Source of the DNA: Patescibacteria group bacterium
Lineage (GTDB): Bacteria; Patescibacteriota; Minisyncoccia; Phycocordibacterales; UBA9973
Direction: 5' to 3'
DNA length: 64,000 nt
Assembly (NCBI GenBank): GCA_040390725.1
Contig: JAZJXT010000005.1
Coordinates: forward strand, 13,301-77,300
A program made the position numbers and the translations under genes. The notes below the pieces were generated by a model. The model was not told the DNA's origin. It searched no databases and worked only from the letters and a program-made list of their open reading frames with translations. Position 1 is the first letter of the stretch; every line of letters begins with the position of its first letter. Below, piece by piece: positions 46,734-55,238 of the stretch.

Positions 46734-47006
46734 ATGAAAACAAATGTTTTAAAATTCCCTTGGTATCATCGTTTTACCATACCAGCCGCTCCTTTCTTCT
46801 ACTGGAGGTATGCTCTTATTTTATGGCTATTGCCGATAGTAATAGGTATTGCTGGAGGAGCTTATTTTTCCAGTTCAATGATTGAATTTTTCAAATACTC
46901 TACCTGTTTTTTAGTAGCCACCGCATTATTGGAATATTTGATTGTATTAGGTTTTATAGCATATCTTTCACTAAGAGATATGCTAAGAAGTAAATATGAA
47001 AAATAA
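46734..47006 (+). CDS. Small hypothetical membrane protein
   Basis: Two hydrophobic segments; TTGACT...TATACC promoter upstream; hairpin and T-tract at 47030-47058. Confidence 0.55.
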   Translation: MKTNVLKFPWYHRFTIPAAPFFYWRYALILWLLPIVIGIAGGAYFSSSMIEFFKYSTCFLVATALLEYLIVLGFIAYLSLRDMLRSKYEK

Positions 47007-47066
47007 AAAAAGAATTTAAAATGAATCTTTCCGGACGTCCAACGTCCGGATTTTTTTTATAGAGTT

Positions 47067-47792
47067 TTATTTATTCAAAAAATGTTCCAATGTGTAAATC
47101 CAATCTTCTTCCATCCCTTCGCTTTGTTTTTTTTGCGCGAGGAGCCATTCGAGGTATCCGCGGTCGGTTTTTAAAACTTCTTCTACCTTTTTGCCGACAT
47201 ATTTACCAAAAGGAAAAGTGCGCAATATGCTAGGGTGCGAGGAGATTTCTATCATTTCATATATTGCTTCATCTTCACTAATTTTATTTTGTTCAATTAT
47301 TTTATGTTTTAATCTCTCGAAAAGTTTTTCTAATACCAATACATCACCCAATGCATCGTGCGCCTGCGCTTCTATTTCTATTTCGAGCAAATAACGCAAA
47401 TACTGAAGATTATATTTTTCTATCTTACCCTCAGGGTCTAGGGCTCTCGCTACGCGCAAAGTACAAATAAATTTATCAGGATTTATATTTTCTTTGGCGA
47501 GCATCGTCAGGTCAAAGACTGCATTGTGCGCTACGGGCACGGAATTTTTATCTTCAAAAAGATTTTTAATTTTAGAATATTCAGGGCTCGCACTAAACGC
47601 CACTTTGTCAGCTATCATTTTATTTGAAATATGATGGACAGCGGATGCTTCGGGGGGAATACGCACGGGAGGTTTATACATAGCCGAAAATTGTTCATCA
47701 TTATGCTTGTATGCAATTTGGCAAATATAATCATTTTCAGTATTGCCTGTGGTTTCCGTATCAAAAAATATTATTTTCTTCTTATTATCCAT
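47067..47792 (-). CDS. DEDDh 3'-5' exonuclease (exodeoxyribonuclease X-like) with C-terminal FGKY domain
   Basis: FFDTETTG, AHNAVFD, AHDALGD, FPFGKYVG...YLEWL; start MDNKKK at 47792. Confidence 0.88.
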   Translation of the reverse strand: MDNKKKIIFFDTETTGNTENDYICQIAYKHNDEQFSAMYKPPVRIPPEASAVHHISNKMIADKVAFSASPEYSKIKNLFEDKNSVPVAHNAVFDLTMLAKENINPDKFICTLRVARALDPEGKIEKYNLQYLRYLLEIEIEAQAHDALGDVLVLEKLFERLKHKIIEQNKISEDEAIYEMIEISSHPSILRTFPFGKYVGKKVEEVLKTDRGYLEWLLAQKKQSEGMEEDWIYTLEHFLNK

Positions 47793-47829
47793 ACTGGCTA
47801 TTGTATCATGTTTTTGATAGAATAAATAA

Positions 47830-48279
47830 ATGTTACAACAACAAATCAAAAATAATATAAAAGAAGCAATGATGGCAAAGGATTCCGTGCGCTTGGAAAC
47901 AATGCGCGGAGTGTCTTCAGCTTTTACAAATGAATTAGTTGCCAAAGGCAGGAAACCGCAAGATGAATTGACTGATGAAGAAGCACTCGCGGTTATTACT
48001 CGTTTGGCAAAACAAAGAAAAGATTCCATAGAGCAATTTTCAAAAGGAGGTAGGGAAGACTTGGTCAAAGAAGAAGAAGCTCAGCTAGCAATCCTGGAAA
48101 CTTACTTGCCTAAAATGATGGATAAAAATGAAGTCGAAAAAATAGCTCGCGCTAAAAAAGAAGAGCTAGGCATAACTGACGCCACAAAAAAAGGCATGTT
48201 AATGTCTGCGCTCATGAAAGATTTGAAAGGCAAGGCCGACGGCATGGTGGTAAAAGAAGCGGTAGACGCATTATTCTAA
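47830..48279 (+). CDS. GatB/YqeY domain protein
   Basis: KEAMMAKD, KQRKDSIEQFSKGGREDL, YLP, KGKADG. Confidence 0.92.
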   Translation: MLQQQIKNNIKEAMMAKDSVRLETMRGVSSAFTNELVAKGRKPQDELTDEEALAVITRLAKQRKDSIEQFSKGGREDLVKEEEAQLAILETYLPKMMDKNEVEKIARAKKEELGITDATKKGMLMSALMKDLKGKADGMVVKEAVDALF

Positions 48280-48283
48280 TACC

Positions 48284-48901
48284 ATGCATACAGTCAGAAT
48301 TTTAACTATTTTAGTGGAGCATCACCAGATGTTGGCATATGTTTTGATTTTTCTCGGACTTATTTTTGAAGGGGAGGTCACACTTATTGCTGCCGGTATT
48401 TTAATTTATTTAAAGGCGGTAAACTTGCCTTTTGCTTTAATTTTTATTTGCCTTGGTTCTTTGGTAAAAACATTTTATGCATATTATTTGGGTGTGTTTA
48501 TTTATAAAAAATGGAACCACACGAGATTTATGAAATATATTGAGAGGCGTGTTTCTTATTTATTACCGCGTTTTCAGCAAAAGCCTTTCTTTTCGATTTT
48601 TATTTCTAAATTTATAACTTATCTTAATTTTTCTGTTATAGTTTTTTCCGGGTATTCTAAGATTGATTTTAAAACTTATTTAAAAGCGGAATTGTCCGCT
48701 TCAGCTATTTGGATACCGGGGCTTCTGGCGCTCGGGTATTTTTTCGGCTATACTGCCCTTAGCGTGAGTCACGAGGTATGGAGGTTTTCCTTGATAACGG
48801 CTCTTTTAATCATTGGATTTATTCTTTTTATAAAGCTAATAACCTGGATATATGAGCTTTTTGAGGAATTTCAAGAATATGACAACAATAAAAACAACTA
48901 A
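48284..48901 (+). CDS. DedA family membrane protein
   Basis: FEGEVTLIAAG, FISKF, hydrophobic segments, LGYFFG. Confidence 0.82.
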   Translation: MHTVRILTILVEHHQMLAYVLIFLGLIFEGEVTLIAAGILIYLKAVNLPFALIFICLGSLVKTFYAYYLGVFIYKKWNHTRFMKYIERRVSYLLPRFQQKPFFSIFISKFITYLNFSVIVFSGYSKIDFKTYLKAELSASAIWIPGLLALGYFFGYTALSVSHEVWRFSLITALLIIGFILFIKLITWIYELFEEFQEYDNNKNN

Positions 48902-49787
48902 AAAATTAGTGACACACAATGGATCATTTCACGCAGATGATATTTTTGCCTGCGCGACACTCTCTATTTTACTGGAAAAAAAGGGAGAATCTTTGGAAAT
49001 TATTCGCACTCGCGATGAGGAAATAATCAAATCAGGTGATTATGTTTTTGATATTGGCAATGTATATGATGCGGAAAAAAATAAATTTGATCATCATCAA
49101 ATAGGTGGGGCGGGGAAAAGAGATAATGGTATAGAGTATGCGTCTTTTGGTTTAGTTTGGAAAAAATTCGGAGAAGAAATTTGCGAGTCAAAAGATGTTG
49201 CGGACTTTATTGATAAAAAATTAGCTCAACCTGTAGATGCAGGAGACAATGGAATGGATTTAATTAAATCAATAAGCGAAGCGAAGCCATATTTTTTACA
49301 AACTTTATTCAAATCTTTTCTTCCGAGTTGGAAAAATGCAAATGAAGAAACTTTACTTTTAGGTTTTTTAGAGTCGGTAAATATTGCAAAAGGACTCCTC
49401 TCTCGTGAGATTGCTTTAGCTCAAGATGCGAGTGAGGCAGGCAGAAAAGTTCTTGAATGTTATGAGCAGTCAAAAGATAAAAGAATTATAATTTTAGATC
49501 AAAAATATCCTTGGGAGGAAAATATTAGTAAATACTCAGAGCCTATTTTTGTTATTTTCCCTAGGTTAAATGGTGTTCTTTGGGGTGTGGAAGGAGTTCC
49601 TGCAAGTTCTACTTCATTTGAAAGAAGAAAGAAATTTCCAGAAATTTGGGCAGGTTTGCGTGATGAAGAATTGCAAAAAGTTACAGGTGTTGCTGACGCA
49701 GTGTTTTGTCACCGTGGACTTTTTATGTGTGTGGCGAAAACAAAAGAAGGCGCGACAAAATTAGCAGAATTAGCATTATTAAAATAA
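48879..49787 (+). CDS. MYG1 family exonuclease/metal-dependent hydrolase
   Basis: THNGSFHADD, IIRTRD, FDHHQ, FPEIWAGLRD, VFCH. Confidence 0.92.
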   Translation: MTTIKTTKKLVTHNGSFHADDIFACATLSILLEKKGESLEIIRTRDEEIIKSGDYVFDIGNVYDAEKNKFDHHQIGGAGKRDNGIEYASFGLVWKKFGEEICESKDVADFIDKKLAQPVDAGDNGMDLIKSISEAKPYFLQTLFKSFLPSWKNANEETLLLGFLESVNIAKGLLSREIALAQDASEAGRKVLECYEQSKDKRIIILDQKYPWEENISKYSEPIFVIFPRLNGVLWGVEGVPASSTSFERRKKFPEIWAGLRDEELQKVTGVADAVFCHRGLFMCVAKTKEGATKLAELALLK

Positions 49788-49802
49788 TAAAAGAATTAAT
49801 TT

Positions 49803-50828
49803 ATGGCATTCATTGATGAAATAAAAATACATGCAGACGCAGGACGAGGTGGAGACGGCGTGGTGCGCTGGAGGCAAGAAAAATTTGTGCCAAAAGGTGG
49901 ACCTGCCGGAGGTGATGGCGGACGTGGCGGGAATTTCTATGTTGAAGCTGTGCGCGATGTGCACATACTTTCAAAGTACAAAGCAAAGAAAGATTTTGAA
50001 GCAGGGCGTGGTGAAGACGGAGGCAAGAAAAGTTTGACTGGAAAAAACGGTGAAGATTTTGTTTTGGAATTACCGCTCGGCTCTATCATTACGAATTTAA
50101 AAACGGATGAAAAATGGAGCCTGCTTGAAGAGGGAGAAAAAATAATGTTGCTCAAAGGTGGATACGGTGGGTATGGTAATGAGCATTTTAAAAGTTCTAG
50201 AAATACTACACCGGAAGAGAGGAATTTGGGTCAAGAAGGCGAAGAGGGGGATTTCCACGTTGAGCTCGAGCTTTTCGCGGATATGGGCCTCGTGGGGCTT
50301 CCAAATGCTGGTAAATCATCGCTTTTAAATGCTTTGACGAATGCAAATGCTAAAGTCGGGGACTATGCTTTTACAACCTTAGACCCGAATCTCGGGGATT
50401 TTTATGGCTATATCATTGCGGACATTCCGGGTATCATAGAAGGCGCATCTGAAGGCAAAGGCCTCGGTGTGAAATTCTTGCGCCACATCAAACGCACGAA
50501 AATGCTCGCACATTTAGTGTCGCTAGAAAATGAAAATCCATTAAAAACTTATAAGGAAGTCCGCAAGGAATTGGAAAAATACGACAAGAATTTAAAACTC
50601 GGCGCTGACGGATTAGCTTCAAAAGAAGAAATAATTATTCTGACGAAGACAGATGTAATAGACGACACAAGTAAAAATAAAACAAATAAAACAAAAATAA
50701 TAGATAAAATAAAAAAAGAATTTATAACAAAACTAAAAAACAAAAATGTGTACACATTATCCCTCTACGACGATAAGTCCGTAAAAGATTTCACAAAAGA
50801 GCTCACAAAGATTTTAAAGAAAAAATAA
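49803..50828 (+). CDS. obgE: GTPase Obg
   Basis: Gly-rich Obg domain, GLPNAGKSS, YAFTTL, DIPG, TKTD. Confidence 0.97.
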   Translation: MAFIDEIKIHADAGRGGDGVVRWRQEKFVPKGGPAGGDGGRGGNFYVEAVRDVHILSKYKAKKDFEAGRGEDGGKKSLTGKNGEDFVLELPLGSIITNLKTDEKWSLLEEGEKIMLLKGGYGGYGNEHFKSSRNTTPEERNLGQEGEEGDFHVELELFADMGLVGLPNAGKSSLLNALTNANAKVGDYAFTTLDPNLGDFYGYIIADIPGIIEGASEGKGLGVKFLRHIKRTKMLAHLVSLENENPLKTYKEVRKELEKYDKNLKLGADGLASKEEIIILTKTDVIDDTSKNKTNKTKIIDKIKKEFITKLKNKNVYTLSLYDDKSVKDFTKELTKILKKK

Positions 50829-50853
50829 GATTTAATAAAAAAATAAAAACTTG

Positions 50854-50887
50854 TCTACGACAATAAACATATGTCGACTATCGTAGA
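50854..50887 (-). repeat. 34-bp near-palindrome, left copy (inverted), overlapping the -35 of the downstream gene
   Basis: TCTACGACAATAAACATATGTCGACTATCGTAGA; TAGACA (50884-50889)-17 bp-TAGAAT (50907-50912), ATG at 50919. Confidence 0.9.
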
Positions 50888-50918
50888 CATTGTAAATTTT
50901 TTAGGATAGAATAAAAAG

Positions 50919-51488
50919 ATGAAAAGAAAAATTGTTTATAAAATTTTGGAATCATTGGAAAATTCAGCGCTTGGTTTGCTTGATTTGGCTATTACAATTT
51001 CTGAATCTGGGTATGGCGCAAGTCTAGGTAAGCTTGATCGAGCAGTAGAAGAAAAGTTTAGTAAGCGAACCGCCTTACGTTTAGAAAAGGAGAAAATGGT
51101 GAGAATAAAAAAATACTTATCAAAGTTAAAGAGTGACGGATTAATAAATGAAAATTCGTCGGGGAAAATATTTTTAACCACAAAAGGAAATCAAAAACTC
51201 GGTGCGTATAAAAAATCCGATTTGTCTATTAGGGATGGATACATAAAAGAAGTTGGTGATAAGGTAATAATCATAAGTTATGATATTCCTGTTGCTTTTA
51301 ATAGAGAAAGAAATATTTTGAGAGATATTTTACGAATGCTTGGCTTGGAGCCTGTTCACAAAAGCGTTTGGGTTGGCAAAGTGAAATTGCCAAAAAAGTT
51401 TATAGAGGATATGGGGCATCTTGGTATTTTAGATTACCTTGAAATTTTGGAAGTTACAAAGAGCGGTAGTCTAAAAACTGTGGAATAA
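50919..51488 (+). CDS. PaaX-like protein: winged helix plus Cas2-like domain
   Basis: wHTH-like YLSKLKSDGLI...IFLTTKG; Cas2/PaaX-central IIISYDIP...RNILRDILRMLG...HKSVW. Confidence 0.82.
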   Translation: MKRKIVYKILESLENSALGLLDLAITISESGYGASLGKLDRAVEEKFSKRTALRLEKEKMVRIKKYLSKLKSDGLINENSSGKIFLTTKGNQKLGAYKKSDLSIRDGYIKEVGDKVIIISYDIPVAFNRERNILRDILRMLGLEPVHKSVWVGKVKLPKKFIEDMGHLGILDYLEILEVTKSGSLKTVE

Positions 51489-51493
51489 TAAAG

Positions 51494-51527
51494 TTTACGA
51501 TAGTCGACATATGTTTGTTATCGTAGA
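51494..51527 (+). repeat. 34-bp near-palindrome, right copy
   Basis: TTTACGATAGTCGACATATGTTTGTTATCGTAGA, 5 bp after the stop codon. Confidence 0.92.
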
Positions 51528-51585
51528 AAAGTGAGAAATACGATTTTAGCTATCTTTTTGTCCATTTTTGTGGTATGTTTGGTGT

Positions 51586-52743
51586 ATGAAAAATATTAAA
51601 TATGCAAAATTTGGCGCAATTATAATAATGCTTGTTTTTATTTTGCCTTCCATTACGATGGCATCTAACAAAGTACCATTTTTAACTTACAAAGGAGGAG
51701 GACCTTTGTTGGATATTAAATGTACTGACTCTTATTGTGTAGCTGTTGGAAATACTACGCAGGGTAAATTTCAAATATCATTATCAACTGATAAAGGAAA
51801 AACATGGTCAGTTGTGCTTAAAAAAGAAGAAGTAATTAAGGGTGCCCCCGGACTTGTCGGGGTAGATTGTGCTGATAGTACTTGTATAACAGTCGGTGTT
51901 GGAGGAGTAATTTTTAGAAGTGTAGATAGTGGGAAGACATGGACAAATCAGTTAAATATTTTAGGTGATGCAAATAGTGAATTTTCCCAAAGTATTATTT
52001 CTAGTGTTGATTGTGTAAACAGTAAATTATGTTATGTAGTTGGTCAAAATTCTAGTGGCGGATCATCTAAAGCACTAGGTCCCATGATTTTAAAAACAAC
52101 TGATGGTGGAATAAATTGGGTAAGAGTTGAAAGTTCTTTAAGTGGAGCAATGGCTATTGATTTAGTAAAAATGGGAAAAATATTATGTAAAAATGAGATG
52201 GAGTGTTTTGGAATAGGACAACAAAGATCTATTTTTCATACGAGTGATGGTTGGAAAAATATAACATTTCAAAATTTTAAAATCGATGATCCTGTACCAG
52301 CATATAATCCTGATGGTAGTATTGTGTATTTTATAGACGGAAAGCCAAATAGTGTTCCTGAAAAAATTGCTAGAGGAGATTTTTCCGGAATTAGTTTTAC
52401 AAATGATGGAGGAGTGATAGTAGACGATATGGGAGATAGGTTACAGATAATTCTAAAGTCTATGGATAATGGAGTGACATGGAATACTATTCCTTTTCCA
52501 TCATTGCCAAAGCTAAATGCTGGAGGTAGTATTTCTTGCACTGGATCAGTATGTGTAATTGCAAGTTCAAATGGAGTAAGGGGAAAAGTTAATATTTTTA
52601 CTAGTTTAGACAATGGCAATACTTGGACGTATAGTTCTTTAAATAAAAGAATTATGGTTTCGGGTGCTTCTTGCATAGATAAAAATAATTGTTTTGCTAT
52701 TGGTATGTTAATTCCCGTAGGAGTCGTTATTAAAGTTAAATAA
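51586..52743 (+). CDS. Secreted Asp-box/BNR-repeat beta-propeller (Ycf48-like), Cys-rich
   Basis: Signal peptide; repeated S/T-x-D-x-G-x-T/N-W (STDKGKTW, SVDSGKTW, TTDGGINW, SMDNGVTW, SLDNGNTW). Confidence 0.82.
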   Translation: MKNIKYAKFGAIIIMLVFILPSITMASNKVPFLTYKGGGPLLDIKCTDSYCVAVGNTTQGKFQISLSTDKGKTWSVVLKKEEVIKGAPGLVGVDCADSTCITVGVGGVIFRSVDSGKTWTNQLNILGDANSEFSQSIISSVDCVNSKLCYVVGQNSSGGSSKALGPMILKTTDGGINWVRVESSLSGAMAIDLVKMGKILCKNEMECFGIGQQRSIFHTSDGWKNITFQNFKIDDPVPAYNPDGSIVYFIDGKPNSVPEKIARGDFSGISFTNDGGVIVDDMGDRLQIILKSMDNGVTWNTIPFPSLPKLNAGGSISCTGSVCVIASSNGVRGKVNIFTSLDNGNTWTYSSLNKRIMVSGASCIDKNNCFAIGMLIPVGVVIKVK

Positions 52744-52762
52744 AATATGTTATTCTAACTTT

Positions 52763-54226
52763 ATGTCAAAAAAGTATTACACGACAATAGGGCTGGAGAT
52801 TCATGCGGAGTTGAAGACAAAGACAAAGATGTTTTGCTCTTGCAAGAATGATCCGGATGAAGAGAAGCCGAATGTGAATATTTGTCCGGTTTGCATGGCG
52901 CATCCGGGGACTTTGCCTGTGGCAAATAAAAAGGCTATTGAGAATGTTATCAAAGTCGGGCTGGCGCTTGATGCAAATATTGCGGACTTTTCGGAATTTG
53001 ACAGGAAGAACTATTTTTATCCGGACATACCGAAAGGGTATCAGATTTCACAATTTAAATATCCGATAGTTTCCGGCGGGAAATTGGCAGGGATGGAACT
53101 CACTCGTATACATTTGGAAGAAGACACAGGAACTTCAAAACACGACAAAGGCGATTTTTCTTTGGTTGATTTTAATCGCGCGGGTGTGCCATTAATGGAG
53201 CTAGTGACGGAAGCGCATACATTTGATAATCCGGAAGATGCGGCAAAAACTGCAAGTAATTTTGCAAAAGAATATCAGCTTTTGCTTTGGTATTTGGGAG
53301 CTTCAGAAGCGAATATGGAAAAAGGCGAGATGCGCGTCGAGGCGAATGTTTCCGTTAGTCCCGATAAAGATAAAAAATGGACTGCTTATGTGGAAGTGAA
53401 AAATTTGAACTCTTTTAAGAGCGTAGAAAAAGCTATCAAGTATGAAGTGGACAGGATGATAGAACTTTTTGAAGAAAGTAGGGAAAGTGAAATCGTCAAA
53501 GAAACTCGCGGTTGGGATGAAAATAAACAGAAAACTATTTCGCAGAGAAAAAAAGAAAATAGTCAGGATTATAGATATTTCCCCGATCCGGATCTTCCAA
53601 AAATGAAACTTCACGAAGCATTTGATTTGGAACAAATGAAAAAAGATTTGCCGGAAACTCCAGTGCAAAAACGTGCTCGATATAAAAATGATTATGGAAT
53701 TAAAGATGAAGATATCGAAGTTTATATAAATGATTTGGAATTAGGAAAATGGTTTGAAGGTGTGGCAAAAATTTTAGGCAAGGACCCCGAAGGAAAGAAT
53801 ACTTCCGACGGGGCAGGAAAAATAAAAACTGTATCGAATTATATTACATCGGATTATTTAGGTATAAAGAAATCTAACTTGGGAGCTAAGCTCCCAAGTG
53901 CGGAGAATTTTGCGGAATTGATAAACTTGGTCAGTGAAAATAAAATTTCTTCTCGCGCGGCGAAAGATATTTTAGCAATGATTGTAATAAATGACGAAAG
54001 CCCATTAAAAATAGCCACTGAAAAAGATTTATTACAGAAAAATGACGAGGGGGCTTTGAAAGAAATTGCACAGAAGATAATCGATGCGAATGTGAAAGTC
54101 GTCGCTGATTATAAAGGCGGAAAAGAAGTCGCTCTTATGTCGCTCGTTGGGCAAATGATGAAAGAGACAAAAGGGTCTGCGAATCCACAGGTCGCTAAAC
54201 AAATACTTATAAATTTGCTACAATAA
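52763..54226 (+). CDS. gatB: Asp/Glu-tRNA amidotransferase subunit B
   Basis: IGLEIHAEL, FDRKNYFYPD, RIHLEED, DFNRAGVPLME, YRYFPDPDLP. Confidence 0.97.
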   Translation: MSKKYYTTIGLEIHAELKTKTKMFCSCKNDPDEEKPNVNICPVCMAHPGTLPVANKKAIENVIKVGLALDANIADFSEFDRKNYFYPDIPKGYQISQFKYPIVSGGKLAGMELTRIHLEEDTGTSKHDKGDFSLVDFNRAGVPLMELVTEAHTFDNPEDAAKTASNFAKEYQLLLWYLGASEANMEKGEMRVEANVSVSPDKDKKWTAYVEVKNLNSFKSVEKAIKYEVDRMIELFEESRESEIVKETRGWDENKQKTISQRKKENSQDYRYFPDPDLPKMKLHEAFDLEQMKKDLPETPVQKRARYKNDYGIKDEDIEVYINDLELGKWFEGVAKILGKDPEGKNTSDGAGKIKTVSNYITSDYLGIKKSNLGAKLPSAENFAELINLVSENKISSRAAKDILAMIVINDESPLKIATEKDLLQKNDEGALKEIAQKIIDANVKVVADYKGGKEVALMSLVGQMMKETKGSANPQVAKQILINLLQ

Positions 54227-54230
54227 TTTG

Positions 54231-55232
54231 ATGAATAAAGATGAATTAATTAAAACAGTTGCTCGATTGATGGCCGTGCCAAAAGGTATTTTGGCTATTG
54301 ATGAAAGTATCGAAACTTGCAATGGTCGTTTCGAGAAGCTTGGAATTCCTACGACTTTGGAAAAACGCCAAGAATGGCGTGAGCTTTTGGTAACAGCTCC
54401 AGATATTGAAAAATATGTTTCCGGATTTATTACTTTTGATGAAACTATTCGCCAGTCTACAGCTGATGGAAAAACTTTTGTTTCAGTTTTGCAGAGTAAA
54501 GGTATCGACGTCGGAATAAAGGTAGATAAAGGTTTGAAGGATTTGTCTTTGCATTCAGGTGATAAAATAACTGAAGGCCTCGACGGACTTCAAGACCGAA
54601 TGAAAGAATATAAAAATATGGGCGCAACTTTTGCAAAATGGCGTGCTGTTTTTGCTGTGGGTGATAATTTGCCGAGTGATGCTTGTATCAAGGCGAATGC
54701 AAATGCTCATGCGCGGTATGCATTGATTTGTCAGGAATACGATATAGTGCCTATAGTGGAGCCGGAGATTTTAATTACTGGCAGTCATTCTGTCGAGCAG
54801 TGTTATGAAGTTTCCGCGCGAGTATTAAAAATATTATTTGCAGAATTAAAAGCGTTGGATGTTTTCATGCCGGGGATTATTTTAAAAACAAGTATGATTA
54901 TCTCAGGACAAGACGCTTTGAATCGCGCGCCGAAAGAAAAAGTAGCCGATATGACGTTAAAATGTTTCAAAGAAAATGTACCTAATGATGTGGGTGGTAT
55001 AGCATTTCTTTCAGGCGGGCAGACCAATGAAGAATCTACAGAAAATTTGAATGAAATGCATAAAATGGGAAGTTTGCCTTGGGCTCTGACATTTTCTTAT
55101 GGACGAGGAATACAAAGTTCTGCTTTGAAGTATTGGGCAAGTAATCAAAATGACGTTGCCGGCGCGCAGGCGTTACTAGTGGCTTCTGCACGAGATAATA
55201 GCTTGGCAAGTATCGGAGAGTATAAAAAATAA
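54231..55232 (+). CDS. Fructose-bisphosphate aldolase class I
   Basis: KGILAIDES, GIKVDKG, FAKWR, VPIVEPE, FLSGGQ, FSYGR. Confidence 0.95.
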   Translation: MNKDELIKTVARLMAVPKGILAIDESIETCNGRFEKLGIPTTLEKRQEWRELLVTAPDIEKYVSGFITFDETIRQSTADGKTFVSVLQSKGIDVGIKVDKGLKDLSLHSGDKITEGLDGLQDRMKEYKNMGATFAKWRAVFAVGDNLPSDACIKANANAHARYALICQEYDIVPIVEPEILITGSHSVEQCYEVSARVLKILFAELKALDVFMPGIILKTSMIISGQDALNRAPKEKVADMTLKCFKENVPNDVGGIAFLSGGQTNEESTENLNEMHKMGSLPWALTFSYGRGIQSSALKYWASNQNDVAGAQALLVASARDNSLASIGEYKK

Positions 55233-55238
55233 AAATTT

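Noticed and set aside
47030-47058. TCCGGACGT-CCA-ACGTCCGGA as a further repeat family
   Set aside because: Single copy followed by a T-tract between convergent genes; adequately explained as a terminator
47793-48068. 92-aa N-terminal extension of the exonuclease ORF
   Set aside because: It overlaps yqeY on the opposite strand; ATG 47792 has its own -10 box
50854-51527. CRISPR array or CRISPR-Cas locus, suggested by the Cas2-like domain and 34-bp repeats
   Set aside because: The repeats are inverted and about 600 bp apart around a gene, not direct repeats with 30-40 bp spacers; no cas1 or other cas genes are in the window
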